DNA from: an uncultured Clostridia bacterium
Lineage (GTDB): Bacteria; Bacillota; Clostridia; TANB77; CAG-508
Reading direction: 5' to 3'
Length of the DNA: 64,000 nucleotides
NCBI GenBank assembly: GCA_934120045.1
Contig: CAKOTF010000006.1
Span: 20,156-84,155 of the forward strand
The first letter of the stretch is position 1. Each line of letters starts with the position of its first letter. Under the pieces are notes generated by a model. The model searched no databases and was not told where the DNA came from. It worked only from the letters and a program-made list of their open reading frames with translations. The position numbers and the translations under genes are program-made. This document shows, one piece after another, positions 28,774-39,604 of this stretch.

Positions 28774-31632
28774 TTAAGCTTCTGGTTTTTGATTTAATAT
28801 CATTAGTCTTATTTTAACTAAATCTTTTAAGTTTATTTTTCCATCAGAATTACAATCAGCTGCTAGTCCTTCATTCGTTTCTAAATTACTATCATCTAAA
28901 ATAGATTTTCTTATTTTTATTAAGTCTTTTAAGTCAACTTTTCCATCTTTATTTATATCTCCTGCTACAATAAGTGTATACTTATCTCCTGCTGATGTTG
29001 TTAATATATCTCCTGTTGCAATACTATCTGTATTGGAAATTTCTTTTTCATTTCTTGCTATTTTATATGTTATTCCTAATTTTAATTTATTGTCAAAATC
29101 TGATTTTATAGTTTGTTCTGATATGTTTTTTATTATATTGTCTTGAATAATATAATTTTGATTATTGTTTTCCATTATTTGGAATAATGTTTGTGTTTCA
29201 TTTCCTGCTTTGTCTATTGCAGTTAATGTGTAAAAGCCTTCTTCTGTTAATGTTGTTCCTGATTTAAAGTTCTTTACTTCTTCGTCATTTAAAATTAATT
29301 TTATAGTGTCTATGTTTTCATCTGTTATTGTTGGTGTTATTTTGCTTGTGTATAGTTTTCCGTCTACTACTCCATTTATTATTGGTGATGTTTTGTCAAT
29401 GTTTGTTACTTTTGCTGTTATTTGTTTTGCTTGTCCTTTTATTGTGTATTCAAATGTAAAGCTTCCGTTTTGATCAAATACGTATTCTTTACTATTTGAG
29501 TTGTTTGTTATTTGTATTTCTGCATTTGTTTTTATTGTTGCTTTTACAGATTTGTTTGTTATGTTTGTTTCTGAATATTCTATTGTTACTGGATTTTGGG
29601 TAATATAATCCTTTATTTTTGTATTTAATATATTATCAGTCCAATTACTTAATGTAATCGCATATAAATAATCTGCATATGTTGTTGTTTCTTTATTAGA
29701 TATTTCATTTCCTATCTTTGATAATTCAACTAAATTGTCAATTTCTAAATCTTTATTACTATTTATATAATTTTGAGATTCTTGTATATTTTCTGCAATC
29801 TCATTTTTATCATACAAATTCGATATTTCTACTTTTGAATATATTATATCCATATTTTGTGCCAATTCATTAAGTTCATTTATTAGTTTTATCATTTCTG
29901 TAGTTGTAATATTTTTATTAACATTAGCTCCAATTATATTTGATTCTACTGAATATATAATATTTATAATTTCCTTTAAACTTGCTTCATTTGTTGTATC
30001 TAATGTCATATCTTCTATTCTTCCAATTATTGAATTTATATTATTGTTAATGTTATTTATTGGAGATAATAGTGTTTCATTTGATACTAAGAAATTGTTA
30101 TATTTTTCAATTATTTCTTGTTTTAATTCTGTATATTCAAATTCTTTTTCAAGTTCTTCATAATATGTTTTTATTTCATTATAGTCATTTGAATTTAATA
30201 TTTCAGGGTTTGATATTTGTTCTACTTGTGCATCTGTTAATAGTTTGAATGTTGAGTTCTGGTCTTGATTATATTCTTTATTTAAGTATTCTTTTATATT
30301 CTTTTTTCTTATATTGTTAACAATATACACTTGTTCATTATTTTCAAAATATGTATTATCATCAATTTCTATTTTTTGTTTAAATCTATCAGTTAAAGAA
30401 TATATTACATAAAATACTCTAGTTGAATTAAAATATATATTATTATTTATATTTATATCTATACTTGCATTTTCTTCAAAAGAATAAAAAACATACTCTG
30501 CACTATTATATGGATTAGGTCTTACTTGTTGTCCCCAACCATTTCCTTGATTAATACAAATATTATTATAAATTTTTATATTTTTCATTCCTTTGGTCTT
30601 CTGAGATGCCCATAATTCGAATGAATAGCAATTTGATATTAATATGTTATCTTTTACAATTACATTTTCGAACTCATTTTCATGTCCTTGAAAAGTAATA
30701 CCTGCATCATAAGAATTCTTTACTATATTCTTTTGAATTAATATATTTTGAGCTCCATTCCAAAATTCAATTGCATTTCCAAATCTCGAGAAAGTACTCA
30801 CAGAGCTAACAGCTCCACCAATATTCTGTACAATACAATCTTTTATATAAACATTAGAAATTGGATACGTCTTTTTTACAATTCCATGTCCACCTGTATT
30901 TTCAATTTTCAAGCCTTCTATTATTGTATTAGATGATACATTAATTAAGTTATAATTGCTAACAAAACTTAAATTTCTCTCATTTGGATTCTCCTTAGAT
31001 ACAAAATATAAATAATTATTTTCACAAAAAAAATCATTTTCATCCTTTAAACTTGTTTTCTCTTTTTTTCTACTACCATAAATATTATTTTTATCAAACA
31101 AAAATCCAATATTATAATACTCACTTGATAAATAACCAATACCTTTAAAATTTTCCAGGTTAGATAAATTTAGTTTATATAAATTTTTTTCTTCTTCTTC
31201 CCAAACATTATTTTTAATTATTATATTAGCTCCACTAATTATAGGCTTATCTCCTTCTCCATATGTTCCTATATAAAACATTTCTTTTTCTGAAGCTCTT
31301 ACATTAAACCTTATTGTTCCATAAAAAGTATCTCCACATTTAAAAAGCACTTTTTCATTTCCATAATATATTTTACTATTAGCTTCTTCTAATGACATTG
31401 GATCGTTTATATTTGTACCATCCTTTGATTTTCCATCAACAGCAACATAATATGTTTTTACTTCTTCACTTTCACTAACATTTGAAAATTCTTGTGCAGC
31501 TTTTTCCAACATAATAATTTTTTCATTATAATATATATTAGTTATGATAATTTTAATTATAAAAAAAAGTAATAACAATATAACTATTATAAATAAAAAT
31601 TTAAATTTAACTCTATTTTTCTTATACATCAT
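28774..31632 (-). CDS. membrane-anchored right-handed beta-helix protein with C-terminal type I dockerin
   Basis: 952 aa. N-terminal TM helix. Parallel beta-helix repeats (NIVKNSYDAGITF ... VKDNILISNCYSFELW). A C-terminal duplicated Ca-binding segment (DINKDGKVDLKDLIKIRKSIL and DCNSDGKINLKDLVKIRLMIL) forms a dockerin. Confidence 0.6.
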   Translation of the reverse strand: MMYKKNRVKFKFLFIIVILLLLFFIIKIIITNIYYNEKIIMLEKAAQEFSNVSESEEVKTYYVAVDGKSKDGTNINDPMSLEEANSKIYYGNEKVLFKCGDTFYGTIRFNVRASEKEMFYIGTYGEGDKPIISGANIIIKNNVWEEEEKNLYKLNLSNLENFKGIGYLSSEYYNIGFLFDKNNIYGSRKKEKTSLKDENDFFCENNYLYFVSKENPNERNLSFVSNYNLINVSSNTIIEGLKIENTGGHGIVKKTYPISNVYIKDCIVQNIGGAVSSVSTFSRFGNAIEFWNGAQNILIQKNIVKNSYDAGITFQGHENEFENVIVKDNILISNCYSFELWASQKTKGMKNIKIYNNICINQGNGWGQQVRPNPYNSAEYVFYSFEENASIDININNNIYFNSTRVFYVIYSLTDRFKQKIEIDDNTYFENNEQVYIVNNIRKKNIKEYLNKEYNQDQNSTFKLLTDAQVEQISNPEILNSNDYNEIKTYYEELEKEFEYTELKQEIIEKYNNFLVSNETLLSPINNINNNINSIIGRIEDMTLDTTNEASLKEIINIIYSVESNIIGANVNKNITTTEMIKLINELNELAQNMDIIYSKVEISNLYDKNEIAENIQESQNYINSNKDLEIDNLVELSKIGNEISNKETTTYADYLYAITLSNWTDNILNTKIKDYITQNPVTIEYSETNITNKSVKATIKTNAEIQITNNSNSKEYVFDQNGSFTFEYTIKGQAKQITAKVTNIDKTSPIINGVVDGKLYTSKITPTITDENIDTIKLILNDEEVKNFKSGTTLTEEGFYTLTAIDKAGNETQTLFQIMENNNQNYIIQDNIIKNISEQTIKSDFDNKLKLGITYKIARNEKEISNTDSIATGDILTTSAGDKYTLIVAGDINKDGKVDLKDLIKIRKSILDDSNLETNEGLAADCNSDGKINLKDLVKIRLMILNQKPEA

Positions 31633-31657
31633 TTTATCATTATTCCTTTCTTTTTTC

Positions 31658-33091
31658 TTATGTATTAACTTTCCTTTTTCTTATATACACTTTTATTTTT
31701 CCCATATATCCATTTATGTCTTTATAATATATTCCAATAATTATAAAAAATATAATAATTTCTGTAGCATATGTTATTTCACAATTATAATTTAACAAAA
31801 GTACTATTGTTTGTAATAATAATAATAAATATGAAAAAATATTTTTTATATAATTTATATTTATTCTTAATATTTTATTAGTATCTCTTAATCTGAAACT
31901 CCAAACTATAATATATGCAATTAATGTAGAAATAGCTGCACCAATAGCGCCAAATATATTTACTAATATTATATTAAATACTATATTTATTACAGCTCCA
32001 ATTATCGTAGTTTTAGCAATGACCTTTGTGTTTTTATTGGCTACAAATATTCCTTCTAATAATCCAGACAATGCTCCAAATATAACAGAAATCATTAAAA
32101 ATGGAGCATACTTCCAAGCACTATAAAAATTCTTAGCAAATAAAATTTTAGCAATAATTTTATCACATAAAATTAATATAGAACACATAATCACTAATCC
32201 TAAATTATATAATTTGTATATATTAGTATAAAACTCACTACTATTATTATCATATTCTTTTACAGCAGATAAAGTCCAAGCTTGATTAAATATTGTTTGA
32301 AAAATATTTAAAATAGATGGTATTTTATATGCAACAGAATAAATCCCATTAATAGCAACTCCACATATCCATGTAACTACATATCTATCTGAAACATTAG
32401 TTATCCACCAACCAATTGTATTAAATATCATAGGTTTACTATATTCAGCCATTTCTTTTTTTAACTTTTTGTCATTTTGTTTTATTGAAATATATTGCCA
32501 TATCTTTAATTTATATATTAAATATAATGTTGGAATAAAATATCCTAATATGTTAGCAATAAAATATCCCCTTAATCCTAATCTGAACCATAACAGAAAT
32601 ACTATATTAAATAATAAAATTGAAACTGAATTTATTATTGCCGCAATAGCTATTTGTTTTACTTTATCTATTCCTCTTCCAAAATTAGTTAATAAACTAT
32701 ACAATACTTCTCCACTATATAAAAAAATAAAATATATCCAAAATTTTTCAAGCACTCCAAAAATATGAAAAATATTATTTATTATTACAAAAATCAAAAG
32801 AAAAATAAATGATATTATTATCATTTCCATTCCTATTGAAAAAACATTCTTTTTATTCTTTTCCTTGTCAAGTGAATACCTTAAAACTGCATTTATAATA
32901 TTTAAAGTCAATATAGGAATCAACAATGATATTGTTGTTGAGTAAATATCATAAGTTCCATATTCTTCCGTTGTTAATAAATTTGTATATAATGGTATTA
33001 ATATAAAGCTAAGTATCTTTGAACCAAAATTACTTAATGATAACAATCCAACATTTTTTAACAAATATTTATATTTTCCTTCTTTTTTCAA
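31658..33091 (-). CDS. second oligosaccharide flippase (Wzx/MOP superfamily)
   Basis: 477 aa polytopic protein with a MOP flippase layout. Confidence 0.65.
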   Translation of the reverse strand: MKKEGKYKYLLKNVGLLSLSNFGSKILSFILIPLYTNLLTTEEYGTYDIYSTTISLLIPILTLNIINAVLRYSLDKEKNKKNVFSIGMEMIIISFIFLLIFVIINNIFHIFGVLEKFWIYFIFLYSGEVLYSLLTNFGRGIDKVKQIAIAAIINSVSILLFNIVFLLWFRLGLRGYFIANILGYFIPTLYLIYKLKIWQYISIKQNDKKLKKEMAEYSKPMIFNTIGWWITNVSDRYVVTWICGVAINGIYSVAYKIPSILNIFQTIFNQAWTLSAVKEYDNNSSEFYTNIYKLYNLGLVIMCSILILCDKIIAKILFAKNFYSAWKYAPFLMISVIFGALSGLLEGIFVANKNTKVIAKTTIIGAVINIVFNIILVNIFGAIGAAISTLIAYIIVWSFRLRDTNKILRININYIKNIFSYLLLLLQTIVLLLNYNCEITYATEIIIFFIIIGIYYKDINGYMGKIKVYIRKRKVNT

Positions 33092-33121
33092 TTTTATATT
33101 CCTTTCAAACTATATTTTTTT

Positions 33122-34027
33122 CTAATTTTTATAAATATATTCAAGATATGTTCCTTCAATTGATAATGATTTATCAAATTTATAATTTAATTTATAAATA
33201 AAAGATATATCTGATAATATTTTCCAATATTCTTCATCAAATTTTTTTAATAAATTTCTTCCTAAATAATGTGGTGTTTCATCTGTTAAGTAATAAATAT
33301 CTCTATAGTCTTCTGGATATTTTTCAAATGCCATTGTTGCAAAAAACTGCCATAAAAAATATTCCTTTAAATACTTCTCTTTTTTCCAATATTCAAACAA
33401 CAAATCTCTAATAATCTTCAAAGTCCTATTGTTAGGTTGAGAATATATAAACCAGTTATTACATTTTATTGTATTATCTTCAATACATTTATATGTAAAC
33501 ATAAATAATTTTTTTTCAAAAATATATTCAGGAATTTCTTTCATAATATAACATGTTGAATCAATCCATAATCCTCCATGTTCTATTAACAATTCCGTTC
33601 TCATTATATCTGCAAAATGTGTATTACTTATTATTCCTTTTTTCCAATTTTTAACGACAAAATCTGGTAATGAGACATATTCCATATAATTTTGTGCTGT
33701 TATTATATGTATATCATAATTCGATAAATACTTATATATATTCTGTACACACTTCTTTACAATTTTTGGAGCATCCTCTAATCCTTGTAACCATAAAATC
33801 CATACATTTAAATTTTTTTCTTTATATTCTTCACTAGAATACTCTTTTTTAATTTTATATTTTTTTCTTATATTTATAAATTTTTTATTTCTTAATTCTA
33901 AATCTTTTATTTTATCATTTGAAAAACCAATTAGTTGACTAAAACAAATATATGATTTATATATTAAATCTCTATTTTTTATAGCTTTAATAATTTTTTT
34001 TATTTTTTTCATTATAAAATTCTCCAT
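33122..34027 (-). CDS. capsular polysaccharide synthesis glycosyltransferase (Caps_synth/DXD-containing family)
   Basis: 301 aa. WIDSTCYIM region. Assigned by context and motif resemblance. Confidence 0.4.
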   Translation of the reverse strand: MENFIMKKIKKIIKAIKNRDLIYKSYICFSQLIGFSNDKIKDLELRNKKFINIRKKYKIKKEYSSEEYKEKNLNVWILWLQGLEDAPKIVKKCVQNIYKYLSNYDIHIITAQNYMEYVSLPDFVVKNWKKGIISNTHFADIMRTELLIEHGGLWIDSTCYIMKEIPEYIFEKKLFMFTYKCIEDNTIKCNNWFIYSQPNNRTLKIIRDLLFEYWKKEKYLKEYFLWQFFATMAFEKYPEDYRDIYYLTDETPHYLGRNLLKKFDEEYWKILSDISFIYKLNYKFDKSLSIEGTYLEYIYKN

Positions 34028-35228
34028 TTTTATTCAATGTTTTTAAACTCAATACTATTCCTAAACATAATATTATTGTCGTAGATGTTGTAAATATTGA
34101 AGCTCCAACAGAAGCAATAATCATATAAAAAATTATTGTAAACATTATTGTCTTTATATTTCTATTTATCAATGATTTTTGTACAACTTTAAAAAGAATA
34201 TATATCATATAAATAGTAAGCGGTGTTCCTATTATTCCGAATTGTCCTAATATCATTGGCCAATAATTATCATTTAAGAAAGATGTTTTGTCTGGTGACA
34301 TACCATATCTATTATAAAAACCATATTTCATGTACAGTAAAGAGTAATGTTTGGCTGCCATATCAGAGCCAAATGTTGCAAATCCAGAGCCAATTGGAAA
34401 ATATGTCATTGCAGTTTTCAGTCCGTATATATATAATACCGACCTTGGTGCTGTTGTATTTAATAAATATGTATTTATTTGATATCCTCCAAAGATAGCA
34501 ATTGCAATTCCAATAGGAATTATCATTCGTAATTTAATTTTTCCTTTTTTATATATATATATATATATAAGAAAAGAACATATACATGTCATTATAGATG
34601 TTCCTTTTGTTGTAAGAATTAATTGAATATCAACTAATATCCAATACAAGAAAAATATTTTATCTCTCTTTGCATTAAATGCTACAACTAGTAATGCAAA
34701 GAGTAAAAACATAGAATATATATGTGCCTGAGAAAAAATAAAATTAAAGCAATAAATTCCATATCTATATTCTCCTCTCATTCCTAAATTAAAGAAAAGT
34801 GAAAGAATTCCAAATATAATTCCCAAAATTATAAAGATTTTTGACATAACATTTAATTTTTTTAATATATCATTTGCAGTTTCTTTATTTAACATCATAT
34901 ACATTGCAACTGAAATAAACACAATTTTAAAATTTGATATAATATCAACTATAATAATAAATAAATTTGTTTGAATTTTAGCAGTAATGTTAGATATCAA
35001 TCCAATAATTATTAATACTATTACTACAAGAATTAGTTTTATAATATTAGTTGGGCATTTTTTTTTATATTGTGTTAAAGTTAATTTTAAAATTATATAT
35101 ATAATAGAAAAGATAGCAATAACTTCATCAGAATATCTTAAAATATTTATTTTTTCCATAAAAAGCTCTGAAATAATTAAAGAAATCAATATAAAGAATG
35201 GCAATATTTCTTTTTTTATAATTTTCAT
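33987..35228 (-). CDS. O-antigen/capsule polymerase Wzy (O-antigen ligase-like)
   Basis: 413 aa with 10 or more TM helices and a periplasmic loop. Confidence 0.55.
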   Translation of the reverse strand: MKIIKKEILPFFILISLIISELFMEKINILRYSDEVIAIFSIIYIILKLTLTQYKKKCPTNIIKLILVVIVLIIIGLISNITAKIQTNLFIIIVDIISNFKIVFISVAMYMMLNKETANDILKKLNVMSKIFIILGIIFGILSLFFNLGMRGEYRYGIYCFNFIFSQAHIYSMFLLFALLVVAFNAKRDKIFFLYWILVDIQLILTTKGTSIMTCICSFLIYIYIYKKGKIKLRMIIPIGIAIAIFGGYQINTYLLNTTAPRSVLYIYGLKTAMTYFPIGSGFATFGSDMAAKHYSLLYMKYGFYNRYGMSPDKTSFLNDNYWPMILGQFGIIGTPLTIYMIYILFKVVQKSLINRNIKTIMFTIIFYMIIASVGASIFTTSTTIILCLGIVLSLKTLNKNGEFYNEKNKKNY

Positions 35229-35260
35229 TTTTATTCCTTTCTTATACTAAATTATAAACT

Positions 35261-36253
35261 TTATCTCATAGTATCTCTTTTTAATGTTATTTTTCTTTTT
35301 ATAATAACTGCTTTGGTATATAATACTGGAAATATACCACACAATATGATTTTAACTTTTTCTTTAATATTTATATTACTTCTAAATAAAACACTTAACA
35401 TATTCTTATGAATATATCTTAAACATTCTCGATATTCCTTGATATTTTGTTTTTGAGATTTAGTTCCAAGTATTTGTAAAAGTAAGAACGTGTAATTCTT
35501 CCAAATATGCCAATTAACTGCATTATTAACAATCTTACTATTAATATGTAATTCTTTTTTTATTGTATATATATTTCTTAATGCATTTCTTCCATTATCA
35601 ACGTTATAATTAGTTAACCCACTATTTTGGTTATTTAATCTATAATTATATACTTTTCTATGGCCTACTCCAACATGATTTGCATATTGAGAAGCTGTTG
35701 AAGCAAAATACAAACCTTCTCCAAACCATGGAACTGAAAAATTTATACCATTTTCTTTTATTAGTTTTGAACTATAAATTTTATTCCAAGGACCTAATTT
35801 CATATAAGGATATATAATTGCTGCAGTTGCTTTTTCTGCTGACCATGTTTCAATTTTATCATTTATCTCTTGTACTTGATCTCTTGTTGTAAAAATTTTG
35901 TCTGAAAAAGCCATGTCTGAATGCGTATCAGAAATTAATTTCATCATATATTCAACGCAATCTAATGAAAGCCAATCATCACCATCAATAATCATCAAAT
36001 ATTCGCCAGATGCGATCTCTAATCCAACATTTCTTGCTTCACATGTTCCTCCATTTTTTTTATGTATAACCTTTATTCTGCTATCTTTCATAGCAAATAT
36101 ATCACAAATTTTCCCACTATTATCAGGAGAACCATCATCTACCAAAATAATTTCTAAATTATCATATGTTTGATTTATTATTGAATTTATTAATTTATCT
36201 AAAAACATTTCTGATTTGTATACTGCAACAATTAACGATACCTTTTTTTCCAT
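35261..36253 (-). CDS. family 2 glycosyltransferase
   Basis: VSLIVAVYKSEMFLDKLINSIINQTYDNLEIILVDDGSPDNS; DGDD motif. Confidence 0.85.
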   Translation of the reverse strand: MEKKVSLIVAVYKSEMFLDKLINSIINQTYDNLEIILVDDGSPDNSGKICDIFAMKDSRIKVIHKKNGGTCEARNVGLEIASGEYLMIIDGDDWLSLDCVEYMMKLISDTHSDMAFSDKIFTTRDQVQEINDKIETWSAEKATAAIIYPYMKLGPWNKIYSSKLIKENGINFSVPWFGEGLYFASTASQYANHVGVGHRKVYNYRLNNQNSGLTNYNVDNGRNALRNIYTIKKELHINSKIVNNAVNWHIWKNYTFLLLQILGTKSQKQNIKEYRECLRYIHKNMLSVLFRSNINIKEKVKIILCGIFPVLYTKAVIIKRKITLKRDTMR

Positions 36254-36268
36254 TTTACTTTCCTTTCT

Positions 36269-37378
36269 TTATATTATAGCATTTTTAAACATTTTAATAG
36301 ATTTTTTTCTTTCCATTTCAATTTGTTTATTGCAACTAGAAAAATCTATCTTTTTTGTTATAAATGAAAAATCATCATAATTTCTCAATATTCTCTCTTG
36401 CAACCCAACTAAATTTAATATACTTATAATTCTTGTACTTGTCACTCCAGGTAAAACATCAATAAATTTCTTATTAAAGATTATTGAAAAAACTGTAGCA
36501 TGAAAAGAATCTGTCAATACATATTCTGCATTTTTAAATAAAGCTAAAAACTCATATTGATTTGGTAAATAAATCATTTTTCCACTTCTTTTTATATGAT
36601 AAATAGAAGGACTAATTCTTAGCAATTTTAATCCTGTTTTTTTAGAAAATTCTTTAGCATATCTATCAAATTTTTTATTTTCATGTAACTGATATATTAA
36701 TATATATTTTTTATATTTATTTTTTCCTTTATTAGCCAATTCCTCCCATTGTTCCCTATTCAATAGTAATGTCGGATCAAGAACTTGTTCTACATTATTA
36801 AATCCATGCCTCTTCAAAATTTCTTTGGCTGTATCTTCTCTTACAAGAATTTGACTGTAATGTTTTAATAATTCGTGAAGCTTGTTTTCTAAATTTTTAT
36901 CTATTTTTTCTTTTCCAAAACTTGATGCATATGCAATACACTTCTTATTCTTATCATTTACAAACTTTAAAAAATAAGCTTCATCAAACTCAGATTTTCC
37001 TATTTTCCCCCATATTTGATCACTTCCAGAACAATATACATCAGCAATAGGAATATTTTCTTGTAATTCATTTAAATTTCCATATTCAATTTTACTCTCT
37101 TTCAAAAAATTTTTTCTATAGTCTTTAAATTTTCTATACATTATTGAATAATTGGGAATTTGAATTGCTTTGTAAATTAATCTTGTCATAAAATTCTCAT
37201 TCCATTTTTTCCCATTCAATAATGAATTAACTAAATTCTTATATCTTTCATCATATCTTGTATAATTAATTATTTCTGCTTCAAATCCCATATCTTCTAT
37301 AATTTTTTGAGTTGCATATGCTTGCAACAATGATCCATAATTGGGTACCGAATGTCTAGTAATTATATCAACTTTCAA
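36269..37378 (-). CDS. polysaccharide pyruvyl transferase family protein
   Basis: 369 aa. N-terminus MKVDIITRHSVPNYGSLLQAYATQ is typical of WcaK/CsaB-like pyruvyl transferases. Confidence 0.55.
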   Translation of the reverse strand: MKVDIITRHSVPNYGSLLQAYATQKIIEDMGFEAEIINYTRYDERYKNLVNSLLNGKKWNENFMTRLIYKAIQIPNYSIMYRKFKDYRKNFLKESKIEYGNLNELQENIPIADVYCSGSDQIWGKIGKSEFDEAYFLKFVNDKNKKCIAYASSFGKEKIDKNLENKLHELLKHYSQILVREDTAKEILKRHGFNNVEQVLDPTLLLNREQWEELANKGKNKYKKYILIYQLHENKKFDRYAKEFSKKTGLKLLRISPSIYHIKRSGKMIYLPNQYEFLALFKNAEYVLTDSFHATVFSIIFNKKFIDVLPGVTSTRIISILNLVGLQERILRNYDDFSFITKKIDFSSCNKQIEMERKKSIKMFKNAII

Positions 37379-37400
37379 TTTTCTCCTCCTAAAATAATAT

Positions 37401-38582
37401 TTAATTATCCTTATTTTTCATTTGCTTCTCAATATCATCATCAACGATCTCTTCACCAGATTTATGTTTCAATTGTTCTTTAGAAGCCTCTGATAAACCA
37501 TTATCGATAGTAGCATTCAAATCGCATGTAGAAAGTTTATCAAGATCTTTCTTAGATACCTTTCCGTCTCTATATTGTCTTACAATTGGTAATTCATACA
37601 TTGAATATTTTTTCTTTGTCCAGAATTTTACTTTATGTTTAATTACCCACCAAGCTGGTTTCCAAATATATTTATGCATAGCTGGTGAAACAGAACCTAT
37701 CATCCAACAATTTCTTGAGCAATGTCTTACTATATTTCTTACTTTTTCTGCTTTTTCAGAATTCCATAATTCATCCCAAGATTGTTCATTCAAATTTCCC
37801 ATTACTTCTTTACATTTTGTCCCATTACATGGCATTACATCTCCATATGGATCTATAAAAAATGTATCAAAAGCCATATCACATGGTAATAATCTTTTTT
37901 GACCATATATGTAATTAATTAAGCCATGGTTAAAATATGCTCTAAACCACTTTTTAGGTGATTTTGATTCTAAAAGTTTATTAATTAAATTCTCAAATTC
38001 TTGAGCAACCATTGGTCTATCATGAATAATATTTTTTGCTTCAACAAAATAAAAACTATTATGTAGTGATGCTGTTGCAAATTCCATTCCCATTTCATTA
38101 GATAAATCATATAATGCAACTAAATCTTTGGCATTTTTATCTTGAACTGTCATTCCAAAACCAACATCAGGATGTTTCATTTCAACTAATTTTTTTAATG
38201 TTGAATATCCTCTATTAAATCCATCATTTAGCCCTCTAATTTCATTATTTGTTTGCTCTAGACCTTCAATTGATATTCTTATTCCTACATTTGGAAATTC
38301 TTCACATAATTTTATTATTCTATCTGTAAAAAATCCATTTGTTGAAATAACAATTCTATCAGATTTTTTATATAATTCTCTTACAATTTCAGGTAAATCT
38401 TCTCTTATAAAAGGTTCACCACCAGTTATGTTTGTAAAATACATTTTAGGTAATTTTTTTATTGTTTCTATGCTTATTTCTTCATCTGGTCTTGATGGTG
38501 CTTTATATCTATTACACATTGTACATCTTGCGTTACATCTATATGTAACAATTACTGTACCATTTAATTTCTTTTCCTTCAT
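37401..38582 (-). CDS. radical SAM enzyme with SPASM/twitch-like C-terminal cysteines
   Basis: CNARCTMC (CxxxCxxC) at residues 16-23. C-terminal Cys-rich PCDMAF...PCNGTKC...HCSRNC. Confidence 0.75.
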   Translation of the reverse strand: MKEKKLNGTVIVTYRCNARCTMCNRYKAPSRPDEEISIETIKKLPKMYFTNITGGEPFIREDLPEIVRELYKKSDRIVISTNGFFTDRIIKLCEEFPNVGIRISIEGLEQTNNEIRGLNDGFNRGYSTLKKLVEMKHPDVGFGMTVQDKNAKDLVALYDLSNEMGMEFATASLHNSFYFVEAKNIIHDRPMVAQEFENLINKLLESKSPKKWFRAYFNHGLINYIYGQKRLLPCDMAFDTFFIDPYGDVMPCNGTKCKEVMGNLNEQSWDELWNSEKAEKVRNIVRHCSRNCWMIGSVSPAMHKYIWKPAWWVIKHKVKFWTKKKYSMYELPIVRQYRDGKVSKKDLDKLSTCDLNATIDNGLSEASKEQLKHKSGEEIVDDDIEKQMKNKDN

Positions 38583-39604
38583 ACTTTTATTTTCCTTTCT
38601 TTTATTTGTTGTATAGTTCTTGTTGGAAAAAATAAAATTTGTGTGTATTTTATTTTTTCACTAATCTTTGAAACAAAAACTGGTAAATATATACTTGCTA
38701 ATATTCCAACTATAAAATGTATAAAATAATTTTGAATTTTAAATTTCAATAATATTATTCTGATGCCAGCAGCAAAAATTGTATGTAATAAGAATATTTG
38801 AAAAGTATATGACTTAAAAGTACTTAACACCTTATTTTTTTCTACATTTTTAAATATTTCTATATATACAATTATTCCATAAATCGCCATACATAAAGTT
38901 ATAAACTGATATATATACTTATTAACATTATTTAAATCTTTAAATATTATTATTGCAATCACTAAATGTAATAAAATAAAAATAAACTGCACTCTTTTAC
39001 TTATTATTTTTTTATTACTAATAAAGCATCCTAAATAAAAATATATTCCATATGCACTTATTGATTTTATAAAATAAATATTTGGTTGATAAAACATTGA
39101 TATTATTTTTAAGATAGTATAAAAAACAAGCACTTTGTTTTTATTTTCTTTAAATATTTTTTCTAATACTGGTGTTATCAAAAATATAGCCATTAACGCA
39201 TATAAAAACCAATATGGTGACATTGGATTATTTAATATTCCCAAAAGTTCTTCTTTTCCTTTAGGAGTATTAACATCTTTAGCAAATAAGATATTAATTC
39301 CTAAATAAAGCAAATAAAATATAAAATATGGTATCATCAAGTCAATTAATTTTCTTTTTTCAAATTTTATATATCCACTTAAAGATGTTTCTCCTAATTT
39401 CTTTTTACTATATAAAAATCCACTTATACACATAAAAAGAGGCATATGAAATAAATAAATATAATATATAATAAAATTTGTTAATTGCAAATTTTGAGGT
39501 ATCCCAGCTTTTTGTAGCGATTGAAGTAAGTGACCTATAACAACTAACAAACATGTAAATGCTTTTAAATAGTCTACCCATACAATTCTTTTATTTTCAT
39601 TCAT
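38579..39604 (-). CDS. acyltransferase family 3 (membrane O-acyltransferase)
   Basis: 341 aa. N-terminus RIVWVDYLKAFTCLLVVIGH and about 10 TM segments. Confidence 0.75.
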   Translation of the reverse strand: MNENKRIVWVDYLKAFTCLLVVIGHLLQSLQKAGIPQNLQLTNFIIYYIYLFHMPLFMCISGFLYSKKKLGETSLSGYIKFEKRKLIDLMIPYFIFYLLYLGINILFAKDVNTPKGKEELLGILNNPMSPYWFLYALMAIFLITPVLEKIFKENKNKVLVFYTILKIISMFYQPNIYFIKSISAYGIYFYLGCFISNKKIISKRVQFIFILLHLVIAIIIFKDLNNVNKYIYQFITLCMAIYGIIVYIEIFKNVEKNKVLSTFKSYTFQIFLLHTIFAAGIRIILLKFKIQNYFIHFIVGILASIYLPVFVSKISEKIKYTQILFFPTRTIQQIKERKIKV

